Positions 48,990-60,950 of a stretch of 64,000 nt of DNA are shown one piece after another. The stretch's first letter is position 1. Every line of letters starts with the position of its first letter. The position numbers and the translations under genes were made by a program. The notes under the pieces are model-generated. The model was not told the origin of the DNA. It saw only the letters and a program-made list of their open reading frames with translations, and made no database searches. Source of the stretch: Haplodiscus bocki (lineage: Eukaryota); NCBI GenBank assembly GCA_965655095.1, contig OZ296653.1, forward strand, positions 83,266,001-83,330,000, read 5' to 3'.

Positions 48990-51900
48990 TACCTGCGAAA
49001 ATTGAGTCACTCAGACTACAGAGAAGATAAATTTCTAGTCACAAGAAGAGATGTTCAACTGGAACACTCTTTTGCTCACATCGCCATAATTTTGCAACAA
49101 CGTTCCAGGAGGCAGTTTTGAACAACCAGATAACCAAGAACCAACAAATATTCCGAGCAAAAAGCACTTAAAAGTTTGTAATTGACATGCAAAAAGCATC
49201 TACAAATGCAAACATTGAAGATGGAACGTGTAGATACTTTTTTGCACACGAAAACAATACCGTTATTGAGAGTCCTAAAATCTTGTTCACACAATATGAT
49301 GTTGCAAACTTGAAAAAAAATGCAGAAATTGCTTATTGTTGCTCTTTGCACAAGAAAAAAATTGAACGCTGAAAGGATTTTTCACAATTTTACAAGTGTC
49401 ACAGCCTTCGCTTGGGTACCTGAAAATTTATCCCAGGTTTCTAAACAAACTGTTTTACCTGAACCACTTTTGAAAAACCACAATGTTTTTTTCTTAACTT
49501 TAGAAAGAAAAACATGACAACCCTACAAGGAGAACCTCTGTTTGTTTGCAAGACTTTTTCTGTATTTTTGTGGTAACGACAAGTTGCAGAAGCACACATC
49601 AAAAAATTTCAATCATTTCTTCAATAACTGCGAGGAAATGGATCCCTCAAAATGTCAAGATGCTCACAACAAAAAGTTTTCAAAATTTGAAGACATACTG
49701 CAGCTCGAAATTTATCTGTTTGGTTTTGATTTCATTGACGGAGAACTCATTGTTGAGCTTGTTTGTTGAAGTATTTGAAAAGAGGACAAAAGTGTCAAGC
49801 TTTTGCGTTCAAACAATCACAATTGTTCCGTCAAAAGCATTGATTCTTTTTTACAAACCTTCCGATGCAACAATTGTGACAATTTTTCTCAAAGGCTGGT
49901 AATTTAGAACGACAATTGATTTCCGGCAGCGAATGCGTCAAACATATTTACCCAAAGAACATTTCCGAGCTAAGAAGAGCTTCTCTCTGAAAAATGAGAT
50001 GCATTCAATATCCCATTTAAAGATGAGCCAAAGCTATTGATAACACCATGCAAAAATTCATTTTGAAGCAATTTGTGTTAAAAAACACTCACACAAGGAG
50101 ACAGAGAAAACAAAGTGGATCAGGAAGCATGTACCCATGTCAGTTTCCATTTCGTCAAATTTGATTCAGGAACCTCTCTTCATTTGCAATACCGACCTCC
50201 ATAAACACGGATAATCATTCATCACTGCTCTCGAAGGGTTGTTTGGCCAAGTCTAGGCGCCGATTAAATTGAAGTTTTGTTGAAGTTGAGACAGCAATCA
50301 AGATAAAACTGTGTGGTATACTGGAACAGTTGAACCAAAGACACAACCGAGCGGACAGGGTGATGGATTCCGTAGAAAAGTGTACCGTAGACTCTGAAGA
50401 AGTAGACCTATATACTCTATTCCTGTAATGGCAAAGGAGTCAATTGATAGACTTAAGGAACAATTTGCACGTAATTGTAAAGTGTCGCCAGTCTCCGAAG
50501 GTTAACGATACAGAAAGGTTTTCCCTATGTGAACTATTTCACTGTAGAGGAGTTGAATAACAAGATTTTTCCTCCGTGTGACTCCTTCCTTAGCATTCTC
50601 CACAATTTTAACCCCCTTCAAAAAAGTACAACGACTTTGAAAACCTTGTTGAAGGTTGGTTATCTATAGAGCAAGCAGAATCCAAGATTGGACAACGTAC
50701 CTGTACTTCCTACTGGAGCGGAAAAATACCTGTAGTTAAAGACTGTCAGGGAAAACAGGCTTATGCAAACTTTTGCAGATTTTCTCAATCATTTTTAAAG
50801 ATGTTGATCCGAAATTGGATGCAATGCAGAAAATGACTAGATTTAACCCCAACAAAGGAAGTGATATGTTGGGGCCTGGGTGCGCACTGCCTAATTTGTG
50901 CAACACTTGTTCACGTGAGTCAACGGATTCAAAATTTTATCCCCTCACAGAAACGGACAAACAATTGCTTGAGAAAAAATGAAAACATATGGTTGATGGA
51001 CTTTGCACAGTTTTTACTGGTAAAACTCTATTGGATTGAACTTTGATTTTGAAATCAACGAGCCTGTGCAAGTTCTTTTGTTGGTTTTAATGCCAGTCAG
51101 TTTTATTCCTACTCAGTGTGACAGCTAATACCGATTGGTTTCAATACTAGGTGGGAATACGACAGTAAAAGCCAACGCTTGACACCACGCCAAACCAAAT
51201 CCAGCTCTTTTGAGAGTATGGTCCCTTCGTACTTCCAACGGGCTCGACCAGTTTCTATAATTGAAAACAATGTTGTTCCACTTAAGAATATTGTTTGTTT
51301 TAGTGTTGACGGGTTTTGCAACCATAGTATATTTTTTTCAAGTCATGGGATGTTTCTGTCTTTGTCAAGAAACGCAAATGACTCCGAATTTGAGAAGAGA
51401 AAGAGGAAGAGGCAGCAAGATGAGATGCGTAAGGTCTATATACAACAAAAAGGATACCATCTTATTCAGATGTAGGTGCCTGGGTGGTGGAGTCTTTTTG
51501 AAACTGATTAAAATGTTGCTTCAGTCAAATTTCATCTCGGCGGAAACTTTCCCTACAAACGTCTTTTGAGTAAAGAGAGACTCATGCAAGGAATTATTGA
51601 TGGAAGACTCTTTGGATACGTTTGATGTGATTTTGAAGTTCCTTAACATCTGCGTCACTGTTTTTCAAAACTTGCTCCGATATTAAAAAATAGCGTGGCC
51701 AGTGAAGATGATATTGGTACTTCGATGAAAGAATTTGCAGAAAAAATAGAAAATTTTAGTTCGGCCCAGAAAACTGCTTAGGTCAAAATTTCACTGAACC
51801 AATGGAACGTTCATCATCCGTTTTTTCCGTATGAATTGAAGCTTGGGCTGGTGTATAAGAAAAGTTATCGGCTCGTTTAATAGATTCCCAAAAAGTGTTT

Positions 51901-52790
51901 CAACACCTTCGTACAGTCTGCGTGAATCAATGACGTCAGCAAAATGAAAATCCAAACTCAAGTGTGGTTACTGAGATTCTGAAAATGCTATTTAACAGCC
52001 GAAACTGGAATCAGAAAATGGAATGAAGCCGACATTTTGTGAGAGCGTCTCTGATCAACGAAAAAACGCACAAGGCAATAAAAGGTAAAAGGTTCATTGC
52101 CCCAGCCACATTACTAATGAACTGTACGAACTGGAACTGGTAAGGGCCGAAATTGAGCCAAACCAATCCTTGTATAATTTTTATTCTATAAAATGTTAAA
52201 CAAAGAATGTTGGAATTCTATTAAAAATTCTTCGAAGAAGTTTTGTGACGCTGACAAGTATGAAGACATTGAAAAAGACACTGACTTCTATTCTTACCTC
52301 TGTCAGAAGTAAATTTGAGAGACGTTTTCCCTAAAATTTGAGACGATTGCAATGAAGTGCGTTTGAGAGATAACACAAACTTTCACTGCCATCAAACCAG
52401 ACAGCTTCTTTCCTACAATGTGCTGCAACACACAGAAGAAACACGATTAGAGAACTGGATCTCTTCAGGAAAGAACTTAGATGTACAGAAAGTTGTGTTC
52501 ATGCAGTTAAACGTACTGTAGTTGTGATCAAATGAGCAATAAGTACAAAATCGGCAGCAACGGTCTGAAAAAACGCAGCTAACAACACATCGGTTATGGG
52601 CCAATGTCAAGTTTACGAAAAGTGTTTCATGAAACTCTCAATGTAACTTCAACCAACATAGAGTTTCAAACAATTGAACATAATAAGGCAACATATGGCT
52701 GAACTAAAAACCAGAAGGGATTGGCCTAAATTTACCCCAAAAAACTTATCGGAGAAGATGGAATGCATACAAAACCCTTTTTATCTGTAA
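48990..52790 (+). pseudogene. Protein-primed PolB of the second Maverick, heavily decayed
   Basis: CRYFFAHENNT, GCALPNL, motif A-like GFNASQFYSYS (~51085), motif B-like KMLFNS (~51985), motif C DTD (~52277), CS.TYC (~52505). Confidence 0.82.
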
Positions 52791-54099
52791 TTTATCACGT
52801 TAAAACTGTGGTCATTGTATACACTCTAATTACCATTTTTGAATTAAATATCAACTTTTTTTCATAGCATTAGGTCTTAGTAGTATCGGTCAACGTAATA
52901 ATTAACCGCCAGCGTAATATTTGTCCTCAGGCGTGATAATTATCTCCGTCCGCGAGCTTTCGAGGAAAAGAAGTGGAAAAAATATTTCGATAAAGGTGTC
53001 ACAGTCCCGAAAATGAGTCATTTTTGCCTGACTCCCACTCTTTATACATTGTAAAACTTCATACCGTTAACTATTTTTTGAAGTACTATCTCAATACATT
53101 GCCCAACACATTCGGAGTACACCCAAAACGAAAAAGTTGTCGACATCCAATCAGAATCAAACACAAAAAAAACCTAAAACTGCGTCAGCTAATCAGAATC
53201 AGGTAGCAATACGCCGAAAAACACCCGAGAGCTCTCGGCTAGGCTGGAGGCTCCCTCTTGGCTTTGGGATCAAGTGGACTCGTTCTAGTTTTTCTTAATG
53301 GATGGAGGGTCCTCCAGCCCATCCAACTTGACCAGCTCACACTTTTACTACTAACACCTCTCGAGTTAAAGTCGCGCAAAAATACTAATTTTTTTATGCA
53401 AGCCCGGCTTGTTTTGGGCGAAATGTATTATAAACATTATGGTGTGATTTTGTAGGCGATAGATTGGTTTGTGCCCATAGATCGGGTACGTTAAACAGGT
53501 TCCACTCCGTGTCAGTTCTATTCAGGGGGACCCCGAACAACATCTAAGGAATGATATCTAAAATAACTGAAAGTTTACGGAGATTAAGACCTAAAGGAAA
53601 AGTATGCATAGTCTCAACGACGGGAACAGAATCCAAAAAAGTCGGAGTGTTATCCTTATACGCCAACAAGATCTAAAATCGAGAGTAAGATCTAGAGACT
53701 CAATCGGATCGGAAAATTCCAAAAAATTCAGTTGATTGCCAAGAACAAAACGCATCATACTGAGAGACATAATCACACAGATCTCATAAAAGTGAACCAG
53801 CAGAGTTTTTTCCTCGCCTTCTAGCATTCGTCTTTTTCAATGCACATAATTGAATGCGCGCAAGGATTTTTAATGTTCGCATGCGGACAGAAATGGGGGT
53901 TTTGTTCTGAGCTCACCTGAAACATCTATAACTTCTCAAATATCTCTGGGTTGATATTATCGTAATAAATATCTCCCGGAGCGAAAGACTCGTTTTTTTA
54001 TAGTGGCTCTTATTTTTTTTCGCCAATATAATCAATCAGTAGGGTCGTTTTTCTTTTTTATTTAATCCAAAATTGCCAACTCTTTTTGTTCAAAAACAA

Positions 54100-54285
54100 A
54101 TAACAGCAGTGGGGTTAGGTTAACAAGGTTCTGAAGCGGTAGGTCTGGGTTCGAATCTCTGCTGTGTCGGATGCTTTTATGATTTCACTAACATTTGCCA
54201 GAAATTCCAATGGTTCCCTTGGCACAGTGGGTAGGACAAAAAGTTTTGAAGCGGTAGGTACGGGTTCGAATCTCGGCCTTTACCT
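54100..54285 (+). promoter_or_regulatory. Two tandem tRNA-derived Pol III promoter-like units (SINE-head-like)
   Basis: TGAAGCGGTAGGT..GGGTTCGAATCTC occurs twice. The second unit has A-box TGGCACAGTGG (54220) and B-box GGTTCGAATC (54263). No valid cloverleaf. Confidence 0.6.
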
Positions 54286-54308
54286 ACAATTTTAAACTCA
54301 AATATTAC

Positions 54309-55070
54309 GACGGAAAATCGTGATACCGCCCCCCTTCTTATTCATGAAAAGTTTCGATACCAGAATTTTTTTGGAACGAGGAAGGGTTCCCTAAAAAATT
54401 TTTCGGTATTGTCAGACAAAACAATTTCGACGGAAAATCGTGATACCCGCCCCCTCTCTTATCCCTGGCATTTTTCGATACCCGAAATTAGTGAAACACT
54501 CAAGGATTCCCCTATGAAAATTTTCGGCACTGTGAAACAAAAAAATTCTGACAGAATATCATGATACTCCCTCCCTCCTCCCCCCCCCCTCTTATCCATA
54601 AACTTTTTCGATACCCGAAATTAGTGAAACACTAAAGTGATTACCTACGAAATTTTTCGGCACTGTGAGACAAAAATATTTCGAAGGAAAACGTGATACC
54701 TCCCTTCTTCTTATCCATAAATTTTTTTCCATAACAGAAACTCTGTGATACACAGAAGGGTTCCCTTATGAAGTTTTTCGTTTTGGTTCTGTGCGACAGA
54801 AAATTTTCGACAAAACCGTGATGCCCCCTCCTATGCATGAAAATTTTCGATACCAGAATTTTTTTGAAACATAGAAGGGTTCCCCTACGAATTTTATCGG
54901 CACTGAGACAAAAAATCTTCAACGGAGAATAGTGATATCCTTCCTTATACATAAAATTTTTCGATACGCGAAATTTTCTGAAACACCGAAGTGCCCCAAC
55001 GAACTTTTTGGCACTGGGAAACAAAAAGTTTTGAACGAAAAGTCGTGTTACCCCCCCCCCCCTCTTTTGC
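54309..55070. repeat. ~120-bp satellite, about 6.5 units
   Basis: Recurrent GAAAATCGTGATACC-C-run, TTTTCGATAC, AAGGGTTCCC and TTTCGGCACTGTGA. Confidence 0.92.
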
Positions 55071-57220
55071 AGAAAAAATAGAAATCAGTGGTGAAATTGA
55101 TTTTTGTAAAAAAAAACCTTCGGAAACTAGATTTTAAACAGTAGTCTCCTTTTTAACTATTTGCATATGTTGATCAAAATGTTTGTATTCGGGCGAAAAA
55201 TATGTGCCGGTGCTAGCCGACCTTCTTGTTCATACATTCGATCTCCACCGAGCTTTTTTATTGATTAAGCTGTTCGTTTTGACACCTAGGAAGCAAAATT
55301 CTTTTTCTTGTGTAGTAAAAAGTTTGTTCAAATTCTCAAGTGCGAAAATTAATTTGGGTTCCACACGTCCGAACATATTTCAGCTGGATTGAAACAATGA
55401 TCATTAATAAAACACCTTGCACCAAATTGGTGTTCAGAGAGTATGAAAGTCTGGACATGAAATTGGCTATTCCTGGTCATCGCTGCATTCCTCTTTCAGG
55501 GTGTCATTTTGCATCAGGAAATCTTAATGTATCAATTTAGAGAAAATCAAAAGAAGATGGGTGGTTGAGCGATGATCTTCATTATCCGTCTCTAGCCACT
55601 GCTAATGCTGGGTCAAAAATTCAGAATTCCGATCCAGCAGATAAAATTGTAAGTGTTGTCGGACCAGCTCTATCGTTTTATGTGTCAATTGCAACAAGAT
55701 TATATGAAATACTTCAAGAGTGCTGTTCTGAGTTGTTGCTCTTATGACAAAGAAAAATACAAAAGTTGTTGAACAGGAATAATGTCGAAAATGAAAAACT
55801 GGGGAGCAACGTTTTGAAAACCGGAACAATGTCAAAAACAGGTCTTTACGTCTACAAAAACGAAGTACATGTGAAAACTATCTAGATCGAAAACAAAATT
55901 TAAAAACGCAAAAGATGATGTCTGGAAACGTCTGGAAACCACGGGTAGCACCAAAGAACGTTTCAAAAGTTGAATCCACACTACCTCGAAAACACAGCAC
56001 TCAATCTGGGCGCAGAAAACGCATAGTCTTCGTTGACCTTTGAGAAAGTCAGATAAAACACATCTCTCCAAATTTTACCAAAATCACGTTTGCTCCAAAT
56101 ATGGTATAATTCAATCGCATTCTTGGCACGAACACACGTATTTGTGTTATCTATATCATTTCATTAGAACTAATTCAAAGCGTTCGAGCAGATCGTTGGA
56201 AGTATAAAACATGTCAGTTTTTGCGAATCGTTCTACACCAACTATGTTATTCAGAAGATTTCTCAGTTCCGTATTTGTCCTACCAGTTTCCGGGTTGATT
56301 TTTAATAGCTTTCGGAAATAATTCATCATAAAAGATCTAGTGAAACTTGTTGCTAATTACAAGCTTCGATCAAAGTTGCAGATCTAAAGCATTAAAATCT
56401 TCAGGATTGAGACCCCTTAATCTAAAAAATGAATCTATGAGCTGACAAGTTTTTTTGCAAGGGCAATGAAATCATTTAAACAGCAACGCAAGAATAACAC
56501 AAAACTTCAAGTTATAGCAAATTGGGTGTTGCACGTGGAAGGGGTATTGTTAATCTATTATTTATTCAGATCTGCTGGCAGTTGACTCAGTCAACACTGC
56601 TGCGTGATAGCGGAGGTTATTATTTATAAATCTCAGTGAGTGTGCCTTGCTTAACCGTGCGAACAAAGGGATTGCGTGAACTCAAGCAAGGACTTTTCAG
56701 CTATAGAATGTTAAATTACATAGAGGCGATTCAATATGTTGAATTGTGAAGGAAATATGACTGCGCGTGTGTAAGGGGAAATAACTCAGCTCTGTCTGAG
56801 GCTGTAAACGTGGGATAGCACACGGGAAAATTCCATATGGTCTTTGAGTTTTTTCAGTAGAGTCTTCCTTTTATATAAAGACAAAATTTATTTCGCTTGT
56901 TTTTATAAAACTCAACCTTGAAATCCAACTAATAATCAGTTATCGTCATTTCAAGTTTAGCATCAAATATCACAGAAGAACAGCAATTATTTCAACAAAA
57001 GTTTTGAAAATTAACGGCAGTATGGAAAGGGGTTGCCACAAAATATACGAATATAAAAAGTTATAAAGCAAGTGAAATTAACCTTGATAAACTTAGGGAT
57101 GAAGGTATAAACTCAATACCTAGTTTAAGTTAGTCCGAACTGAAAAAATAAAATTAAATATAAAAGTTGAGCTTATTGAATTGAATTGAATTGAATTGAG
57201 GATTTATAAAACCATAGATA

Positions 57221-57400
57221 GAAATCGGACTCTTCCAAATTAGTCCAAGTAAATTTTTAGTTAAATATAAAAATTGGACTCTTTCATTTGAGTCCCCAAA
57301 ATTTAAGAATTAAATAAAAAGTTTGGACTCTCATGTTAGTCACCGAAATTTGTAAATTAATAATAAAATTTGGACTCTTTCAATTTAGTCGCAAGAATTT
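57221..57400. repeat. Four ~49-bp repeats, each with a GGACT...AGTC(C) hairpin
   Basis: GGACTC at ~57227, 57276, 57325 and 57372, preceded by an (ATTGA)n run. Confidence 0.8.
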
Positions 57401-58109
57401 ATCAATCAAAATATTAAAACTAAAATTGTCTCTAGATAGCTACCTGTCGGAACTGGAACATCTGTGAACAAAGCAGAAACATACACCATTTTATTTTTCG
57501 ACCAATGCCGCTGCTGATCATTTTCGTCTTGTCTAGCCGGCTTTTTTTACGCAGTTTATTTGACGGTTTGTTTTACGTTTAGCTAATTCACGTTATGGTC
57601 TGGGTTTCAAATATTAGGCCAACGGGTTACCCTTTTAGTCCTTTTTCAGTCCGTGGTGGGAGATACCATCCAGGCTTACAGGAAGAGAGTTCTTTTTACA
57701 TGTGTTTTATTTACATTCATTTTGGACAACTCTTAGCATAAAAAGTTTCCTCCGTGCTGTGATATACACTCGCTCGTTAGGTTTAACCGTAAAGCTGGTA
57801 ATTCACCACCTGCCGCAAGTTACCATCCGCACTTACAAAACACCAGTAATTAAATTTCATTTTTATCTGCGACGCAGGACTAGTCCTAAGGACTGTCAAG
57901 CGGTCGTGGTTATTATATTTGTTTTACTTTTACCAGTTTATCTTAGTGTTAGTAAAAAACAACCACAGTGCGGTGATAACACTCGTCTACCGGGCAGCTA
58001 ATCCTAAGTCAACTGCTAGCGAGATGTCCTCTACTGGGAACCGTAATGATAACTAATGGAGGCTGGCGTCGGCTTTTCGTAGGTGCTGGTTTTTCGGCTA
58101 GTACTGGTA

Positions 58110-58320
58110 GCTGCTATGTTGCTGGTTGATTGCTAGCTGTTGCTGGGCTGCTGCAGGATGAATGCTAGTTGATGCCAAGCTGCTGCTGGTTGAAAGCTAG
58201 TTGCTGCTGTACTGCTGCTGGATAGATGCTAGTTGATGCTGTACCGCTGCTGGATAGAAACTAGTTGATGCTGTACTGATGCTGGATGGATGCTAGTTGC
58301 TGCTGAGCTGCTGCGGGATG
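58110..58320. repeat. ~30-bp minisatellite (GCTGCTGGATAGATGCTAGTTGATGCTGTA-like)
   Basis: About 7 degenerate units directly visible. Confidence 0.8.
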
Positions 58321-58830
58321 AGTTTTGCTCGTCGAAATTGACACTTAGAATTTTATTTGGGCAGAGTGACGTTAAGAGAAAAGAGGTATAAGCAACCTTC
58401 CGCAGGGCCGGAAATTAGAATTGAATGATGTTAGCTGCTCTGCAAATCGGGTGTAGGCTGAAGTTATGTCGACATGCCAGGTGACCATCATGTAACTAAT
58501 GAAAGCGCTTGCATGAAGTTATGTCGCCATACCACGTGACCATTCACTTGAACGGTCACATGACCATGCAAGCATGATACACATCTGAGTTTAAATATTG
58601 AGCTAATCGCGTTGAACCACGTTCCAACACTTTAGAAGTTTTGCTTTTTTCCTTGGCTTGTGCAATTCCAATCCTTTCAGCTATCTTTTATACTGTGTAT
58701 TACTGGGATTATCATGTCCAAGATCCCAGGTTAGTCAACCACATCTGCAGATCTCTTGTTAAACATTGGTCATTTCCTTATAAAAAGCTTACTGCGCCTA
58801 TCTGAGAAAAACAATACATTTATATAGGCG

Positions 58831-60191
58831 TTAGCTATAACGCGACAACTCACTGGGGTTAAAATAATACGAAAATGGTTGGGGATCTATAAAAGAGGAT
58901 TGAGGGTGAGATATGGAACGTGTGGCGCCTTCTGGGTCAGGTAGATAAGTCACTGACGTCTGCAAATATAAGGTATTATTTGAAGGAAAATTTTCAGTTT
59001 TGCTGAACATCTTGCTGTGTGGGAAGAAATTGAAGTTCGTCAAGGTAGGGCATCGGTCTCGGGTACACCTTCGAAAGGATATCTTCTCTGCGGGTGCGAA
59101 AGTAATAGTCTATTTTATTTGGGGGTTGAGTTGCTCGAGAACTGAAAGATGAATTGTTTTGGGGAACTGTCGTGTCAATAACCCATCGTTAAGTCCAAAG
59201 AATAAAGCGAACATGTTTCAGGCGTGTTTCCTGCTGCAGAGTCGAGACCACCTGGGAAGAACTGAACCAAAAAATTATAGCCATAAGGGTGTGTGGAAAA
59301 CAACGGGCTATTATAAAGAGTGCTGGGGTCTTTAGCAGCATCGCGAAGCCGGGTAGAAGATTTGGTATCGAAAACCAATCTCAGTGACGTTATTTTCCAC
59401 AAGGTAATGTCTGTTCCTCCAGACTCCAGTGCTCGCAATCTGTCATAAAAAAAGGTCAATTGGGATCAATTGATGTATATAATTGTTTCACGACAGTTCT
59501 TTGTCTATGTCACTTTTTCATCTAGTTGTTTGATTCGGTGTTCTAAGTCCAAAGAAGGTCCGGGAGTTCTTTGAGTTGGTAGTAGAGCTTGTGGTTGTTC
59601 AGGTAGACGGGGTTTGGATGCAGTGTTTGAAGCGCCCTCTAAAGTAATCGTCAACACAGGCTGCGATTTTTGGGCATTGTTTAGGGCAAACTTGTCTTGA
59701 AAAGCAATTGAACACGGTGGATCGATTCTAAAAGGAACAAGAAGGGAAGAAGGAGAAGGTTCATTAACCTGTCGACGCAATTGGGCTTGCTCATCTTCAA
59801 ACTGGCGAAAAGTTGTGTATAATTTAGGGCGTTGGCGTGTTTCGATATCGAGATCTACAAAGAACTGAGCCACTTATTTTTGAACTGCGTAAAGGTATTG
59901 GAAGTGTTTCATGTTGTCTAGCGGCAAGGTTCGAATTAAGGGTTTTGTTTGTTCCAGTCTTTGTCCTGAAGTTACTCTAAGTTGGCCAACTCGGGCGGTC
60001 AATAGATGCAGTTGCTCTGAAACTGTGGCGCCATTAGTAGTGGGAGAGGTTTTAGAGCACTTAGATGAGACAATAAGATCAGTTATGTCTTGAGAGGTGG
60101 AGGCATCCAATTCGGTTAGCAAATCGGGGCGGTCAATGGAGAATAATTTGGAGCGGTCTTTTGGCATAAATATGGGTGCGTGTGGGCTCAT
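58831..60191 (-). pseudogene. TRAF-like protein: coiled coil plus C-terminal MATH domain, no RING
   Basis: One frame through three stops: LEHRIKQLDEKV..RLRALESGGTDITLWKITSL..LYNSPLFSTHPYGYNFLVQFFPGGLD. After a frameshift: FALFFGLNDGLLTRQFPKTIHLSVLEQ..SFRR..FFPHSKM..NNTLYL. Confidence 0.8.
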
Positions 60192-60950
60192 TGGCCTTCG
60201 ACTGGCTGTATTTCGATAGCTGTTAGAGGTACCAGAAGTCCCTGCGATGATACAGCAGTGTTCTGAATAGTATACTCTCGTCTTTTATAATCCGAAAAAA
60301 CCATCTACCAAGTACAAAAGGCGTTAGTTAATTGGCAGTGAAAATAGGGGTTGTATCGAGGCCTTCGAACAAATTTGTGACGATGATAAAAACTCTCCTT
60401 TCGTTTCTGTTTGGAAACAGGTTGAGTGGTTTGGAATCGATTTGGTCGCGAGAAAGAAACTTGAGCGCATTGAATCGGAACTATCGGAGCTGTTGAAAGA
60501 GATGGTAGTTTCATTAGAGAAAGAGGAGTAGAATGTGATTCCTCCGACTGAATATTGTAAGAATGAGCTTGGGAGTCAAACAATGAAGGTAATAAAATGT
60601 TGGCTCAAGAATCCTGCTAAGGGAATGTAGGTTTACCTTTGAGTCGAATCGGGTTAGCTGTTAGGGAGTGAAAGAATTTGTCCACTAATCGGTTTGGTGG
60701 CTGATCCGGCAATACAACTGGAGAGATAGGAGAGGAAGAAGAAGAAAAGAGAGTGATAACATCTGGATCCGCTGGTAAATTTGAATCAGGCGAAGATAAA
60801 GGTTGATCCCAGTCTTTTCCGTTCAGCGGCGAATCGAGTTCGTCGTGTTGCAGCAAAGAAAGTGGTCGGTCGTCTGAGATGTAAAAAAAGAATATTACGA
60901 TTGAATTTAACACTTAAAAAACAGCTATCAAGTGTAACGCTCATTTTCGC

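Larger units (their letters stand above)
41150..53352. mobile_element. Second, older Maverick/Polinton; left part (capsids, integrase) not found
   Basis: Minus-strand ATPase and accessory remnants divergent from a plus-strand PolB. Right end ...TTTTACTACT (53352) matches the Polinton AGTAGT terminus on the opposite strand. Confidence 0.8.
56527..58629 (-). repeat. Candidate ~2.1-kb 3' LTR
   Basis: Bounded by TGTTGCACGTGG (56527) and CCACGTTCCAACA (58629), an imperfect TG...CA inverted terminus. Flanks are not a TSD pair. No clear PPT. Confidence 0.55.

Noticed and set aside
54212-54285. Functional tRNA gene
   Set aside because: A and B boxes are present, but the acceptor stem pairs only ~3 bp and there is no 7-nt anticodon loop.
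57221-57400. CRISPR-like palindromic repeats
   Set aside because: Degenerate repeats with mutually similar AT-rich spacers inside an LTR candidate; no cas genes.
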